Shown here: piece after piece, positions 63,344-64,000 of the stretch
Numbering within the stretch: position 1 is the stretch's first letter
Layout: every line of letters starts with the position of its first letter
From: Neoechinorhynchus agilis
Taxonomy: Eukaryota; Animalia; Acanthocephala
Assembly: GCA_051530055.1 (NCBI GenBank)
Contig: CM121341.1
Coordinates: 13,928,784 to 13,992,783, forward strand
DNA length: 64,000 bases
Reading direction: 5' to 3'
The notes under the pieces: model-generated
Told to the model about the DNA's origin: nothing
What the model saw: only the letters and a program-made list of their open reading frames with translations
Databases searched by the model: none
Translations under genes and position numbers: made by a program

Positions 63344-64000
63344 ATGGAAAATGAAGTTGACTTATCCAACATGGAGCATCTTTTGCCAATATATTATCGT
63401 CGGTTATTTCCATCGTACATCTACTGCAAATGGCTCTCCGGGGGTGAACAGCGTAAGTTCTCTTTTGATAAAATCGATCGCACATTCAACTGTTGAGTAA
63501 CGATGAATAAACGACTGTTATCGGCGGAAATCGATCTTACCGCGGTTATCTAACCCAAATAATTTTTACGAGGAGTCAGTTCAATCGTTATAACCTTACA
63601 AATTGTTCTAAGAACTGCAATGTTTAACTTGTTTCTTACAATCAATAAAATCGGGCCCGCCGGCTTAGAATCCGCTCTCTTATCGATCACCTACGTCTTT
63701 CTTGCTTATTATATTTTAATAACTTTCTTTAGAAATCTAAGATTGTTTTATTTTCAGCCGCTTTGTCTAAGACCTTCAGTCGTCGAGAATTCTCATTTAC
63801 ACTTGACAATGACGTCTACGTTCGCTACCTTTCATATTCAAATCATATTGAATTCGAGAAAGACCTTGTAAGCAAGTGCCCACGCAAAATCGATATTGGA
63901 GCGGTGTTTAATGTAAAGGTTATTCTCATCTAAAAAAGTTGTATTTGCAGTCTCTTATACTTTCAGCCAAAAGACCACAACTGTGTTCGGGCGGAGGCAT
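63344..64000 (+). CDS. PRIM1: DNA primase small subunit, 5' part
   Basis: LLPIYYRRLFP..WLSGG|FSRREFSFTLDNDVYVRY..KIDIGAVF. Confidence 0.93.

Overview
Compact, AT-rich animal (invertebrate-type) genomic DNA with mostly 40-60 bp GT-AG introns; the taxon cannot be named from sequence alone. Host genes recognised by protein similarity from memory (no database search run): PSMC1 (3' part), PNPT1, CEP78-like, tropomodulin, RGS7/6-like, NSFL1C/p47-like, CHCHD2-like, two claudin/PMP22-like paralogs, GATB, a divergent PTB/hnRNP-L-like gene, SMARCB1, TIMM22, beta-tubulin and PRIM1 (5' part). Mobile DNA includes RTE-, CRE-, I/Jockey- and CR1/L2-type LINE remnants, a Gypsy gag fragment and several Penelope-like (PLE) remnants. 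About 18 hammerhead-ribozyme (HHR) cores or relics were found by eye on both strands. Main oddities: (1) a tRNA-headed, permuted ~380-nt HHR-like element at 40.4-41.2 kb; (2) two independent ~200-250-bp palindromic double-HHR insertions with target-site duplications (TSDs); (3) splice acceptors just upstream of many ATGs plus 81-129-bp same-strand gene spacing, suggesting SL trans-splicing and operons; (4) a ~2.8-kb inverted duplication of the RGS7 3' half enclosing a 12.7-kb TE-rich block; (5) gene-conversion-like tracts between the claudin-like paralogs. Ribozyme activity, splicing and TE classes are inferred, not tested.
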